A stretch of DNA of 62,726 nucleotides, filler included, from Vannella sp. (lineage: Eukaryota), in the NCBI GenBank assembly GCA_023345925.1. It is 6 parts of 6 records of this genome, joined end to end, with 100 filler letters (N's around TTAATTAATTAA, not from the genome) between each part and the next. Parts side by side here need not be neighbours in the genome. Positions count along the whole stretch, not along the records: positions 44,714 to 50,585 come from JAJQQN010001279.1; positions 50,686 to 62,726 come from JAJQQN010000929.1; 4 more parts are not named here. The stretch is one strand, 5' to 3'. The notes under the pieces are model-generated. The model was not told the origin of the DNA. It saw only the letters and a list, made by a program, of their open reading frames with translations, and searched no databases. The translations under genes were made by a program, and so were the position numbers. This document shows positions 45,713-57,390 of this stretch, in pieces. Position 1 is the stretch's first letter. Each line of letters begins with the position of its first letter.

Positions 45713-48700
45713 CTACTTTTTGGGAAAGTTAAACTGTTTCACTTGTTTGCAGAACTCTTCACAGCGGCGGACAACTTCTTCTGTGTGGTTGACGGGGACG
45801 CGGTGCTGCCTCAGACTCAGAAGGGTGCCCTTGCCGCCGTTGATTTCATCCAACTGGTAATGCATGTCCGAATAGTGGTTGAATGGCCAATTGAAGTAGC
45901 GGAGGCTCATCACAATCGTGGTGTCCTTCTCGAGCTTTGTAATAGTCCCTTTCACCAGCTTCTCGTACATACTAACGGCCCCTCCCACCTGCGGAATGAT
46001 GCTGGAGTCTCCTCCTGTGATGGTGGTTAGTGCGCTGCGGTCTAGTAATGTTCTGTAAAGGACTTCTGGGGATGTGCTATTCAACATGGTGGAAGCAGAG
46101 ACATCAGTGGTTTGGATTCCCTCCAGTTTCTCCCAGAACTCGTTGTGCCACATGTCTGAGACGGCCTTGAGAGAGGCGCTGGGGATGTTCTCATGGAGCA
46201 TTGTCATCTCCGTGCCCTTTTCAACCGCATGGAATACCAGAGTGACTAGCGAGACGTGCTGTGCCCAATCCTTATGAGAGACTCGGAGGACCAGTTTGTG
46301 GTCCTTCTCAATGGCAGCGATTTCTCCCTTCAGATTTTGCGCTTGGAATGGGCTGCCGACTGTGTTACCCGTAAGGATGCGGCTCTTGAGCTTCTGGGAG
46401 AGCGTTGTCTCGGTGGTCCACAAGTTACATACTTCTGTTGGTGTCATCTGGAACGCAATTTTCTGATTCAATGACTGGCAAACGACTCCTCCCAGCTTCT
46501 TCCACATGTTGGACTTCCAGATCTTCTCTACTGCTTTGACACGATCAAGAGGAACCATGCTGATGTTGCAATAGAGACGGCAACCTCCCTCAAAGTTTTC
46601 AAGCTCAGTGGTGACCACACTGAAGAGATCATCCGGCCAGTCAGTGCTTCGCCACTGTTGTACAAAACGTCTGCAAGGAGTCAGATCCGTTATCAGTGCA
46701 TACACTTTGTTGTTGTGCATGTAGACGGCTCCATTCGGCTCAAACTTGAACTTGCTCTTGAGTACCTTTGACAGAACTTTCCAGTCTGTCAGTTGCTCAT
46801 ACATCATCTCGCTGTTCTTGCCCTTAAAGTAGACGATTTGCTTGATAGTCTCAACACGGACGCCGTTAATCTTCTTCCAGAATTTGACCCAATTCTCCTC
46901 TTGCTCTTTGATGTTCTCGCTGGGGCAATTCAATTCGGTAAAGTGTAAGAGAGCTTGAGAGTTCAACGTGGTCTCAAACTCGAAGATGCAAGTGCCAAGG
47001 CTTCCCTTCTCCCACGTGTTCATGTGAGAGGTTTGGACGATCTTCTTGCCTGGAACCAACAACAGGTTGGTGCCTTCTCGTCCACGAATGTTAAAGTCTC
47101 CTCCAATGTCCAAGTTGACGACATAAGGCTCCTCATCTGTCTCTTCAGCAGAAGGGAGATCGCCTGTACCATCTGTGTTCAATTTCTTCAGACCACGCTT
47201 CAGTTTGGCATTGGTCTTGGTTGAGATAGTCTTGGAAGCCAAGAAGAGGAAAATATCATTCTCTGGATCCTGTACCATCTCATAGATGGTGTGAGGAGTC
47301 TCTTGGAAGAGTACGCTGTGTTGAATGCTCTGGGTAGTCCCGGTGTTGCTTGTGGCAGTGATAATATACTTAAAGAACCCTTCAAACTCGTAATTGATCT
47401 GTTTCCACGTGTTCTTGCACGTTTGGTTGACAATCTGGAAGTAAGCTCGCTTCAAATGGGTGAATCGGCTCACAGTGAAGCCTTGCAAGAGCTGTCCAAA
47501 GGAGAGTATTAACACAGCAAACAGATCCACCAATGAAGGAGAAGTTCCTTGGAAGTAGGGACTGGCAATGGGAAGAGACAATCGCTTCTTCTCCCTCTCA
47601 TACATCTTGTCCAACACCATTAATTGGTCTGTGAGGTCATCATACGCCTCCAGTTGAATAATGCTTTGCGATGGGTTCTTACACGCCTCCCAAAGGCGAA
47701 GAATAGGACGTTGAATTGCACTGCGCATCCAATCTAACACCTGGTGCACCGTTCCAAGGGCATAAGGGTCTGCCTTTGGCAGCCAGGCATTGTCCACAAA
47801 GACTCGGTCGCACAAATACAAGCAAATGGCATCGCTCTCTTCAATGACAAAGTCGCCATCAATCAACAGAGGAACTTGTAAGCTGGGAGAGAGTTGGGAG
47901 AACTTTTTGTACGCTTGGTCCAATGCCTGGTCTTCCTTGAGCAAGTCAATCTTGTGAGTGACTATCGGAATGCCCGTCTGGAGGCAGAACAACCACACAG
48001 CACGACTAAACGGACAAAGAGGAGAATAGTACAGCTCCACACTCAACGGAGGCGGCACGTTCTCCCCGTAGTCGTTGAGGAGGCCAACTAACTCGAGCGT
48101 GTCTCGACTTATACGGATCTCCTCTGGCTGCTGTGAGAAGATCTCCATCAGATCCATCTTCCGATCGGTGAAGATCTCGTGGAAGAAGCGGAATGCCTCG
48201 AACTCGACCTCCTCTAGGTTCACGCCCTGGCAAGAAGCGGAAGACCCAGCGAAGAGGTCCTCATAAGGGACTTGCTCTTCTGTCTCTTGCTCAGGGTCCA
48301 TCAGAGTGTGCTTGTAGAACTCCTCCAGGCTCTTCAGGTTCTCTTCGATGAAGGGGTTGCAAGAGAGCATCCACTCTTCGTTACAGAGCCGCTGATTGGA
48401 GATGTTCTGGACGAGCTTGCACAGTAAGGTGAGGTTGCGTCGATCCTTCATGGTGAGCTCCGAGTCCACCAATCTGTAAAAGTCAGGTGCCAACAGAGCG
48501 GGGTTGATGAAACGGAGCATGATGAAGCCTCCCACGAGGAGCATTGTGTTCTCTGGCGAGTAGGCAACTGCCAGTTCAGAGATGTAATACGCCAACGCCC
48601 TTGGGAGGGTTAGCTCGTGAGAGGGAGAATGGAGAGGCTTACTTGATATCACGGGGCATGTCTAAGATGGACTCTGGCGTGCCAATGGTCTCCAAGATGC

Positions 48701-49386
48701 ACTTGGAGAAGGAAAGAAGGTGGTCCAAGTTCTCCTCCGTAGCCGCTTCCACATTACCTGACAGCTTGCTATTCGCATCTCTGTGAGTAAAAGAACCACA
48801 AGCGAAGAGGAGCGAGAGCGAACTCACTTTGTATCGATTTCAAAGCTGATGTCCGACCCAATGACCGAGCTAAGAGGAGGCCCAAGCGTTTTGGCGAGGT
48901 ACTGCAAACCACGTTGCCCTACACAATGTGTTGTACATCCAAAAGGAGGCCCCACTCGTCAGTTGGTGTCGAGGGAAGCCCGCAAAATCTCTACCCGAGC
49001 AGGAGGAAGAGGAGACGCAGGAGAAGGGACGTACGACAGAAGAGACCTAGAATACGAGATGCAGCGGTATTGCCTCTCATGATCGAAGTCGGCGTCGCTG
49101 CGTTGGCTTCAAACTCAGACTTGACCACGTTCTTCAGGATTCGCATCGTAGAACCAGAGGCATTAGAGAAGGAAAGGATGGCTTTCGCAAACAGATCAAA
49201 CTCTGCGCCTCCTTCCAAGATGGAATAGAGGATGGTGATGAACCTAACCACCCACCCATATCAGCTCCACCGCACCCCCTACCAAGGCGTGGCCTTCCCA
49301 ACATACTCAGACCGTGAAGTGATCAGCTCCAGCAGCGGTACAAGCTCCTGTACCGTCTCATGAGGAAGATGTTGCGAGACGGGCAT
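45713..49386 (-). CDS. RasGAP - glutathione S-transferase - 4x AHSA1/SRPBCC fusion protein (introns 49244-49306, 48919-49034, 48781-48827, 48600-48642)
   Basis: RasGAP: MRGNT arginine finger, GGFIMLRFINPAL, RRNLTLLCKLVQNISN. GST: ELYYSPLCPFSRAV, QVPLLIDGDFVIEESDAICLYL, YFQGTSPSLVDL. Four domains of about 120 aa carry the Aha1 C-terminal pattern. Confidence 0.88.
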
Positions 49387-49544
49387 GGACAACACCCCTC
49401 AACCAAACAAATCTGTTCCAATTAATCCCAAACCCACTTCATTACGTAGAGATTTATTTTGTCATCGTGGTGGTGCAAAAGAAATCGATCGGGACCACTC
49501 TGACAAGGAGATATGTTACATGGCCGTTGGAAGGGGTCTTGTGT

Positions 49545-50312
49545 TCACAGGACGGTGTTGCTGATGTCCTTTACCGACCTTTGAGCGATGATTTGAAAGG
49601 CCTGATCGACGTTGGTGCCTTCCTTGGCGCTGGTTTCAATGTAGGGAATGCCGCCGTTGGCCCCGCACCATGCAAGGATCTTTTCCTGCTGTACCTAAGT
49701 TCCCAGGGTGTCAGGAGAGGATTGCTACTCGGTTTGATCTCAACCTACGCGAAGGGGTCTTCCGGACTCGTCCATGGGAGGTGTCTGATCACTCTTGTTG
49801 CCAACGAGGACAAAGAAGACGGGAACCGTCTCGTCAGAGTCCCGTGACTTGATCTGTGAGTTCAGTAAGAACTTTTCATGCCAAAAGCTGAGTCTTTTGA
49901 AGGACTTGTGGCAGTTAACATCGAAAACAAGGACGCATGCATCTGCTCCACGATAGAATGCACTTCCCAAGCTCTGGTAGCGAATGAATAAGCACTTGAA
50001 CGTATAAAGAAGCGAGCGAAACACACCTCATATCTTTCCTGTCCCGCAGTGTCCCAAATCTGAAGCGTGACGTGGGCGCTCCCCAAAGGAACGTCTTTCG
50101 TCAAGAAGTCCGCGCCAATCGTTGCTTTGTATGAGTTCTCGAACTTGTGTGTCACATACTTGCTCATCAGAGATGTCTTCCCCACTCTACATCGTTCATC
50201 AACAAACGGGGGAAATGCGAACCTCAGCCGTAGCTCACCCCGAGTCTCCCAACAGCAAGATCTTGATGAGAACGCTTCCCACTTTGTAGAGCCCTGCCTT
50301 CTTTGAAGCCAT
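49545..50312 (-). CDS. Rab7-like small GTPase (multi-exon; 3' end uncertain)
   Basis: [57 protein letters not shown] and ETSAK. Confidence 0.9.
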
Positions 50313-50585
50313 GTCACTCGGTTCCAGAACAAACGGGCGTTTGTTTGGTGTGGCTGTGTCATCCCCACAACAGGACATGGCGACCCCTTCGAGCCGCTAC
50401 GAAATGACGAAATGGCGGAGAATTTTCTTTTCTTATTTTAGTTTTCATCTTGGACGTGGGCCATGTCGAGATGGGTGCGGCAGTGGGTGAAATGGGGGAG
50501 GAGCTTCTTGCCTGGGTCTCGAGTGGAGACAGTGGCCCCACGACTGGATTTACAAAACTGTTGGGATCAGTTCTATCGGAAGACA

Positions 50586-50685
50586 NNNNNNNNNNNNNNN
50601 NNNNNNNNNNNNNNNNNNNNNNNNNNNNNTTAATTAATTAANNNNNNNNNNNNNNNNNNNNNNNNNNNNNNNNNNNNNNNNNNNN
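50586..50685. other. Artificial contig linker
   Basis: N44-TTAATTAATTAA-N44. Confidence 0.99.
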
Positions 50686-50936
50686 CAGTTCTGAAGCCAA
50701 GAACTGATTGTTCCACCAGAATCGATACATCCAATAAACACTCGGTTTGCTGCATTCAGACATCTCCTAAACGGTCTGTGTGAGTCTTAACACCCAGCAG
50801 AGGAACAGAATCGGCCGCAACCAGCGAAATCCAAAGGATCCAGAACTGTTCTTCAGTCCATCCTTTTCTCCAACGGGGCGTTGACCTCTCTGCTTCTTCC
50901 TATGAGCAGAAGGCACAACGAAGGATTAGAAGGCAA

Positions 50937-52331
50937 ATGGAGTCATTTGCTGGTCAGATGGTTTCGGATGCCACGCGGAAGGCCGCTAAAGGGCGTGTTT
51001 TTCGATGGAAGGCCCCTTTGCAAGGTCTCTTGCTGTTGGTTTTGGCTGTAGCTGGTATCTGGGTGTCCATTAGTGTCTTACGAGGCTACAGAGACTCTGG
51101 GATTGGCCAAGGTCGACTACTGTCAAGCAAGTGTTGGGTTCCGCAAGGCCGTGTGGGCTGTGCCCCGCATTTCATCATCGCAGGAGCTATGAAAAGTGGC
51201 ACAACATCCTTATGGACCTACTTGTTAAGCCACACTGACGTGATCCCCCTCACTTCCGCTGATATTGACCCCGAAGGCAAGTACCACGTGATGGCAGACA
51301 AGGAGGTCCGTTTCTTCAACGATCCTGCATACAGCGACCTTGTCAAGACCTATGGAAAGTCAGACGCCATCGACTTCTACCTGGATCTCTTCCCTTTGAT
51401 CCCACCACCCGGAGTCCGATCGAGCGATCTCATGTTGATGACTAACCAAGGCCGTATCACAGGCGAAGCCACGCCCATGTATGTAGGACTACCAGGCACT
51501 GCATCACGTATCAAAGAAGCCCTCCCCCACGTCAAGATCATCATGCTTTTGCGAAACCCAGTTGACCGCGCCTATTCAGACTATTGGTTCCGGAAGAGTC
51601 TCAAAACCTCGAATCGTGACATCTTCCAGACCTCTGGGAAGCTATCCCACTCGGAGATCTTCGGGAAATGCGTTGAGATGGAATTGGAGATTGCCAGAAT
51701 GTGTGGAATGCACAATTGGGCTGCTTCTCCAAGTCTCCAGGGTGCTGCAGTACTTTGGGCCTGCCAGAAGTCAATGTTTTTTCAAATTGTAGCGGCTAAT
51801 GAGACCTCCTCGTACTGTAATCCAGCGGACAAGATTCATCAGTCTCTCTGTATTTCTGCAGAGGTTGCCAGTAATTGCCAGAAACTTAGTACTGCTTTCA
51901 GTCTTTACGCTCCTGCGTTATTTGAATACTCTCAACTGTTCCCACAAGAGAACCTTCTGATATTGACCAGCGAGCGATTCTTTGAGCGACCTGCTCTTTT
52001 GATGAACCAAGTCACTGAGTTTCTCGGGCTGGATCAAAAGGACTGGTCCAAAGTGACTCAATCTACGTATAACATTGTCAATCCCAAAAGCGTGGCGGGA
52101 TCCAAACAACATTTGGTGACCTCCTCGAAGGGGCTACAAATCGGCCAAAGTGAATCCCCCAGTGAATACCCTCCTTTGGACCCTTCAGTACGATCCAAAT
52201 TAATCCAACTCATGGTTCCCTACAACCAAATGATATCGTCTCTGCTCCCTGGGCTCTCCATCGATCATTGGGGAAAAGATGCCCCATTGAACCCTAAAAT
52301 CGAGCGGGCTACCCGTCCCAACCCTATTTAG
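50937..52331 (+). CDS. Type II membrane PAPS-dependent sulfotransferase (heparan sulfate 3-O-ST/NDST-like)
   Basis: N-terminal TM segment, 5'-PSB IIAGAMKSGTTSL, KEVRFF, GEATPMY and 3'-PB LLRNPVDRAYS. Confidence 0.88.
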   Translation: MESFAGQMVSDATRKAAKGRVFRWKAPLQGLLLLVLAVAGIWVSISVLRGYRDSGIGQGRLLSSKCWVPQGRVGCAPHFIIAGAMKSGTTSLWTYLLSHTDVIPLTSADIDPEGKYHVMADKEVRFFNDPAYSDLVKTYGKSDAIDFYLDLFPLIPPPGVRSSDLMLMTNQGRITGEATPMYVGLPGTASRIKEALPHVKIIMLLRNPVDRAYSDYWFRKSLKTSNRDIFQTSGKLSHSEIFGKCVEMELEIARMCGMHNWAASPSLQGAAVLWACQKSMFFQIVAANETSSYCNPADKIHQSLCISAEVASNCQKLSTAFSLYAPALFEYSQLFPQENLLILTSERFFERPALLMNQVTEFLGLDQKDWSKVTQSTYNIVNPKSVAGSKQHLVTSSKGLQIGQSESPSEYPPLDPSVRSKLIQLMVPYNQMISSLLPGLSIDHWGKDAPLNPKIERATRPNPI

Positions 52332-52792
52332 ATGATTCTACTGAACCTTCATATCTATGACTATCATGATATCATTTACCAATCAACAAATCAAGCCATT
52401 CAGTTGGTGACCCACATTTATGGCTCCCTTTACGAACACTCCTCATGGAGTCTCCAGTTCTGAATGAGAGAGATTCTAGACTTGAAAGGAACAGAGTTTA
52501 GGGAAATGAATGATGATAGAGGAGGAAAGCAGCCCAAAGGAGGACAAAGTTGCAAGGTTTTGTACCAAGAAAGGCCGAGATGTCGCGCGTCGCCCCAAGC
52601 CAGGGCTCTGTGTGCAACGTCAACTTTGAAACAAGACAACATGAAATTGAGTTGGTGAATGAGTGGGCGAAATTTCCTTGGAAAATTCGCCCAGCCAATC
52701 CCATCATTCTCCTTCCGCCTTCTCCGTTTCGCAGTATTCGACCGGTCTGACAGACGAAGGAAACTGAAGCCATTCACAAGAACACACCTGGC

Positions 52793-54151
52793 ATGGGCGA
52801 GTCTTGGAGGTCGTGTTGGCCTTTCGAAAGCCGCGCGCTCTCTTTCCTTTGTGGGATGGCGTTGATGACGGCAGCAGGTACAGAGTACATGTACTCTGCC
52901 TATTCCAACGACCTGAAGGACCTGATGAGCTACAACCAATCGCAAACCAACTTTATCGGCACCTGCACCAACCTTGGCATCTACCTTGGCTTCTACACCG
53001 GCTTCCTGTACGACTATACCAACGCTCGCTTAGTCTCCTTCCTCAGTGCTATTCTCTTCTTCATTGGATGGTTCGGTGGATGGCTTTCCGTCGTTGGCGC
53101 TATCCCTTCCACATACTACACGCTGGGCTTCTTTATGTTCATCCAAGGTAACGGAGGAAACGCTGCCTACACCGCTGCTATCGCCAATAACCTCAAGAAG
53201 TTCCCTGCTCAGAGTCGAGGGATGGTTTGCGGCATCCTTGTGAGTATGTTCGGGCTCTCCAGTGCTATCTTCAGTCCTTTGTACGCTCGTGTCTTTGATG
53301 ACAACGTACCCGCCTTCTTCCTGTTCTTCTCCATCTTACTTCCTCTGATCGCCCTGACTGGCGTCCTCTTCCTCTCTCCTCCTCCTGAGAGGATGGAAAG
53401 CGAAGACCTCTCCCTTCAAAGAGCCCATTCGCACACAGTAATCAAAGAAGAGCTCACTTCTCTCGAAGCCATTCGTAAGATCGACTTCTGGCTGATGTTT
53501 GGGATCTTCATGTTCGGTGCTGGCGTCGGTTTGGTGGTGATCAACAACTTAGGTGGAATGGTAGCCTCCTTAGGTGCTAAGGGTGACTCTGCATCAGCCT
53601 TGGTAACCTTCCTGTCGCTATTCAACGCGTCAGGACGGATCTTGGCAGGGTTCTTGAGCGATGTGTTCCTCCGCTATCGGATCATGTCCCGTCCATCACT
53701 TCTAGCGATATTCCTGTTCTTTATGGCCCTGACACAAGTGTACTTCGTGGGTGTTCTCTCGTTGGAGTCTGTCCAGTGGCTCTACTTGGGCACTGCATTG
53801 ACCGGGCTAACCTACGGCGCTCTGATGTCACTGACACCGTCCATTGTCACAGAACTGTTTGGTGTGAAACACTTTGGTGGCACCTACTCACTGATTCGCA
53901 TTTCCCCAGCCATCTCCAGCTTCATCATGGGGACTTTGATCTCCGGTCGGCTTAACGACCGCTTCACCCTTCCTGGCGAGACAGACTGTGTTGGATGGGA
54001 CTGCTATGGCTACAGTCTATCTATTGACGTGTTCGTTGGACTCCTCGCCACTCTCCTTTGCCTCATGTTGTCCTTCCGCTGGTATCGATTCAAAAGAACC
54101 CTCGCTCAAGACCTCGCCGTTTTCGGTGCAAGCACGAAAAGTGAATTGTAA
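52793..54151 (+). CDS. MFS transporter, nodulin-like/NFD4/Mch1 type
   Basis: About 12 TM segments with AGTEYMYSAYS, KFPAQSRG, FGLSSAIF, DFWLMF, GRILAGFLSD and ELFGVKHFG. Confidence 0.88.
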   Translation: MGESWRSCWPFESRALSFLCGMALMTAAGTEYMYSAYSNDLKDLMSYNQSQTNFIGTCTNLGIYLGFYTGFLYDYTNARLVSFLSAILFFIGWFGGWLSVVGAIPSTYYTLGFFMFIQGNGGNAAYTAAIANNLKKFPAQSRGMVCGILVSMFGLSSAIFSPLYARVFDDNVPAFFLFFSILLPLIALTGVLFLSPPPERMESEDLSLQRAHSHTVIKEELTSLEAIRKIDFWLMFGIFMFGAGVGLVVINNLGGMVASLGAKGDSASALVTFLSLFNASGRILAGFLSDVFLRYRIMSRPSLLAIFLFFMALTQVYFVGVLSLESVQWLYLGTALTGLTYGALMSLTPSIVTELFGVKHFGGTYSLIRISPAISSFIMGTLISGRLNDRFTLPGETDCVGWDCYGYSLSIDVFVGLLATLLCLMLSFRWYRFKRTLAQDLAVFGASTKSEL

Positions 54152-54204
54152 ATTGGATTTGACAAGCTTTTCATTTCATTTGATCCGCCTCCCTCGCTTG
54201 CGAC

Positions 54205-55695
54205 ATGGGGCAGAACCAGTCGAATGGTGGACCGCCAGGTGGTGAGAAGGTGCGCTTAGTGGGGAAAGAGGAGATGGTGAAGGTCTAAGATCCACGTAGA
54301 AGAAGGAACAGGAGAAGCGCAAGTATGAGCCACCAGCTCCAACCCAGATTGGTCGGAAGAAGAAGAAGAAGCATAGTGGAGCTGCCCAGGCCTATAAGCT
54401 TCCTGTTGGTACGTTTCTGTAGGCGAGAATGAATGGAAGAGTAACCTTGGACTCTTCCCCTTCAGTCACTCCCACTTCCCGTTGCCGCCTTCGCCTGTTG
54501 AAGTTGGAACGCGTGAAGGACTACCTTTTAATGGAGGAAGAATTCATCACAAACCAGGAACAGCACAAGCCACAGGAAGAGAAAGCAGAGGTACGCATGC
54601 GCACCCTTCCCTCAACACCCTTCTCTAACGATCCGCCTGCTTCTCTTGCAGGAGGAACGACTGAAAGTGGACGAGCTACGAGGAACCCCCATGGGAGTGG
54701 GTACCTTGGACGAGATTGTGGATGATAACCACGCCATTGTCTCCTCTTCCTCAGGACCACGTTACTACGTCACCATCTGCTCCTTTGTGGACAAGGATCA
54801 AATCGAGCCTGGCTGCCAGATTCTGATGCATCACAAGGTCCTCTCCGTTGTGGGGTTACTGCAAGACGACGTTGATCCGTTGGTGAGCGTGATGAAAGTG
54901 GACAAGGCACCTCTGGAGTCCTATGCAGACATTGGAGGCCTGGAGAAGCAAATCCAGGAGATCAAGGAGAGCGTGGAGCTGCCCTTGACCCACCCCGAAC
55001 TCTACGAGGAGGTCGGTATCCGACCGCCAAAGGGAGTCATCCTGTACGGTGTTCCAGGCACTGGCAAGACTCTCCTTGCAAAGGCAGTGGCCAACGAGAC
55101 CTCAGCCACCTTCTTACGCGTTGTAGGATCGGAGTTGATTCAAAAGTACCTCGGAGACGGTCCTAAGCTCGTTCGAGAGCTCTTCCGTGTCGCTGAGGAA
55201 CACGCACCCTCCATTGTGTTCATTGATGAGATTGATGCGATAGGAACAAAGCGATACGATACCAACTCGGGGGGAGAGCGGGAGATTCAGCGAACCATGT
55301 TGGAGCTCCTCAACCAATTGGACGGCTTTGACGCACGAGGAGACGTCAAAGTCCTGATGGCCACGAACTGCATCGACTCTCTCGACCCTGCCTTGATCCG
55401 CCCTGGTCGTATCGATCGCAAGATCGAGTTCCCCATGCCCGACTTTGACACAAAGCGACATATCTTCAAGATCCACACCAGCAAGATGACTCTCTCTTCT
55501 GATGTCAATCTCGATGAGTTCATCATGACCAAGGACGATCTATCGGGTGCTGATATCAAGGCCATCTGCACGGAAGCTGGATTGCTCGCCCTCCGCGAGC
55601 GCCGTATGCAGGTCAAACACGAGGACTTTAAGAAGGGTAAAGAGACCGTTCTCTACCGCAAGAAGTCCACTGCACTTGACGGCCTCTACTTGTAA
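54205..55695 (+). CDS. RPT2: 26S proteasome regulatory ATPase subunit 4 (multi-exon)
   Basis: MGQNQS start, [26 protein letters not shown], Walker A GVPGTGKT, Walker B IVFIDEID and C-terminal GLYL. Confidence 0.97.
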
Positions 55696-55744
55696 GGCGC
55701 CACCGAAATAAACTTGTCAAACACTCCGTCTCTCGCTCTATTGC

Positions 55745-56491
55745 TCAGATCTTCCCCAGCAGAAGCTCGCGGACCACGTGGCGAGTGTAAATGGCAAAGG
55801 TACGGTAAAGACTGACAAAGTCCAAAGTGCTGAAGAGGACATCAGCAAGGCCGAAGGGCAACATGAGAGGGATGACCCCTCGCGCGTATTCGAGGGCGAA
55901 GCACTTGTCAGGCATACGGTACTGCTTGGAGTGACCTCTAGGAAGGTGATGTTGGTCTCCAGGAAGGAAGATCTCTCTGTCATGAGCCCGCCCTGTCAAT
56001 AGCCGAGGAGAAGTTGAGCTTTGCCGACGTACTTCTCGGTGTGGCCTTCGGAGTAGGACCACTGTTCGCCCACGAGGATGGTGAAGTAATCATCCGCCCA
56101 GAATCGACCAGTATGTCCCTCGGTACCAACAGCAGTGCCGAAGATGATGACGTACTCCGTGATGGAGGAGTGGAGGACCCACATCGCCCCCATTGCGCCC
56201 CCTGCGTTGTTGAAGACCCCTAGATGACATGATCAGAGCCACCCCTTTCTCTAAGAAGAGTAACAGACACTCTTGATCCGTCTCCACGTGCCCAGGATAA
56301 CGAGCAGCGAGCTGGTCCGCAACAGACTGGAAGATGGCGGAGGTGTCATTCGAGGAGCGAATAGCCTTCTCTGCAATCTCCTGAAGTGTGTCTTGATCAA
56401 ACACGTAGAACTTCTCTTTCTGCAAGTCCACAGCGACCAGAACGGCCACAACAGCCACCAAGACCACGAACAAGCCCGTCTTCCACCCCAT
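55745..56491 (-). CDS. ERG2: C-8 sterol isomerase / sigma-1 receptor family (3 exons)
   Basis: [44 protein letters not shown] and [16 protein letters not shown]. Confidence 0.93.
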
Positions 56492-56681
56492 CCTCCAAGG
56501 AAATGTCCCGAAAGTTGTCCTATTTCTTCCCACATGCTAGACAACGTGTATCTGAATGTATCTGCTGCCTTTTGATGCTCAAGAGAGCAGGAGCCGCTCT
56601 AAAAGAGGAAGCATCAAGAAGAGCCACGTCTTGACGGGACTGGGGCGCCTCCAAGAGCGCTTCTTTCTGCAGATACGCGGA

Positions 56682-57175
56682 TTACACGGTACTCTGACGG
56701 TAGGATGATGTGTCTAACACCTTCTTGCCGCACATACTGCAGATTCCTGGTACTCTCTGGTGAGCAAGTTGCCTCTTCCCTCTATTGCGGGCCCTCCCTA
56801 GTGGGAGAATAGTCTCACCTTTCTTGTAAGCACAGTCTTGGCAGTAGTAAGCGCCCTGTTGAGCGATAGCGCCAGTGCAGATCTTGCAACGACGAGCGTA
56901 AGGATTGAACTCTTCGGGTCGAGGCTCTCGCGTACTCGGTGTCGTCCGCTCTCGAGGAGCCGTACTAGGAACACTAGCCGAAGTGGTACGCGTACTTCCT
57001 GGTGCCCGCGTCCGAGCTGTCAGCAGTTTGTTCTCGTTCAATGTTCGAGGCACTGCGGCTCCGTTGGGCTTCCAAACCTCCGGACAAACCACTCTTTGCA
57101 GCTTCTTCTCGCCTACCTCCCATCAACACATGCCTCTCCCCTTCACCATCCCCACTCACACTTCTCACACACCAT
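56682..57175 (-). CDS. CRIPT: Cysteine-rich PDZ-binding protein (3 exons)
   Basis: MVCEKCE/KKL, NENKLL, CKIC, YCQDCAYKK/GICSMCGK and C-terminal YRQSTV. Confidence 0.93.
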
Positions 57176-57239
57176 CCAGATCCCCAACAAACAATAGAAA
57201 AAACTGACCAAGCCGAAAGTCCTTGAAGACTTCAGCTTC

Positions 57240-57303
57240 CTCCCATTGGTTGACCGTGCTGGTCTCCCATTGGTTGACCGCGCTCGCCTCCCATTGGTTG
57301 ACC
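57240..57303. promoter_or_regulatory. Triple 24-nt-period repeat containing CCAAT boxes in a divergent promoter
   Basis: ctcccattggttgacc at 57240, 57264 and 57288, between the CRIPT and HIBCH-like starts. Confidence 0.65.
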
Positions 57304-57390
57304 ATCTCACCCTAAATGAATGTCCTGTCATGCAGGGATAGTAAGGATCATTGGGTTTTCTTTTTTGATCACTCTTTGGGACCTTTGGGT

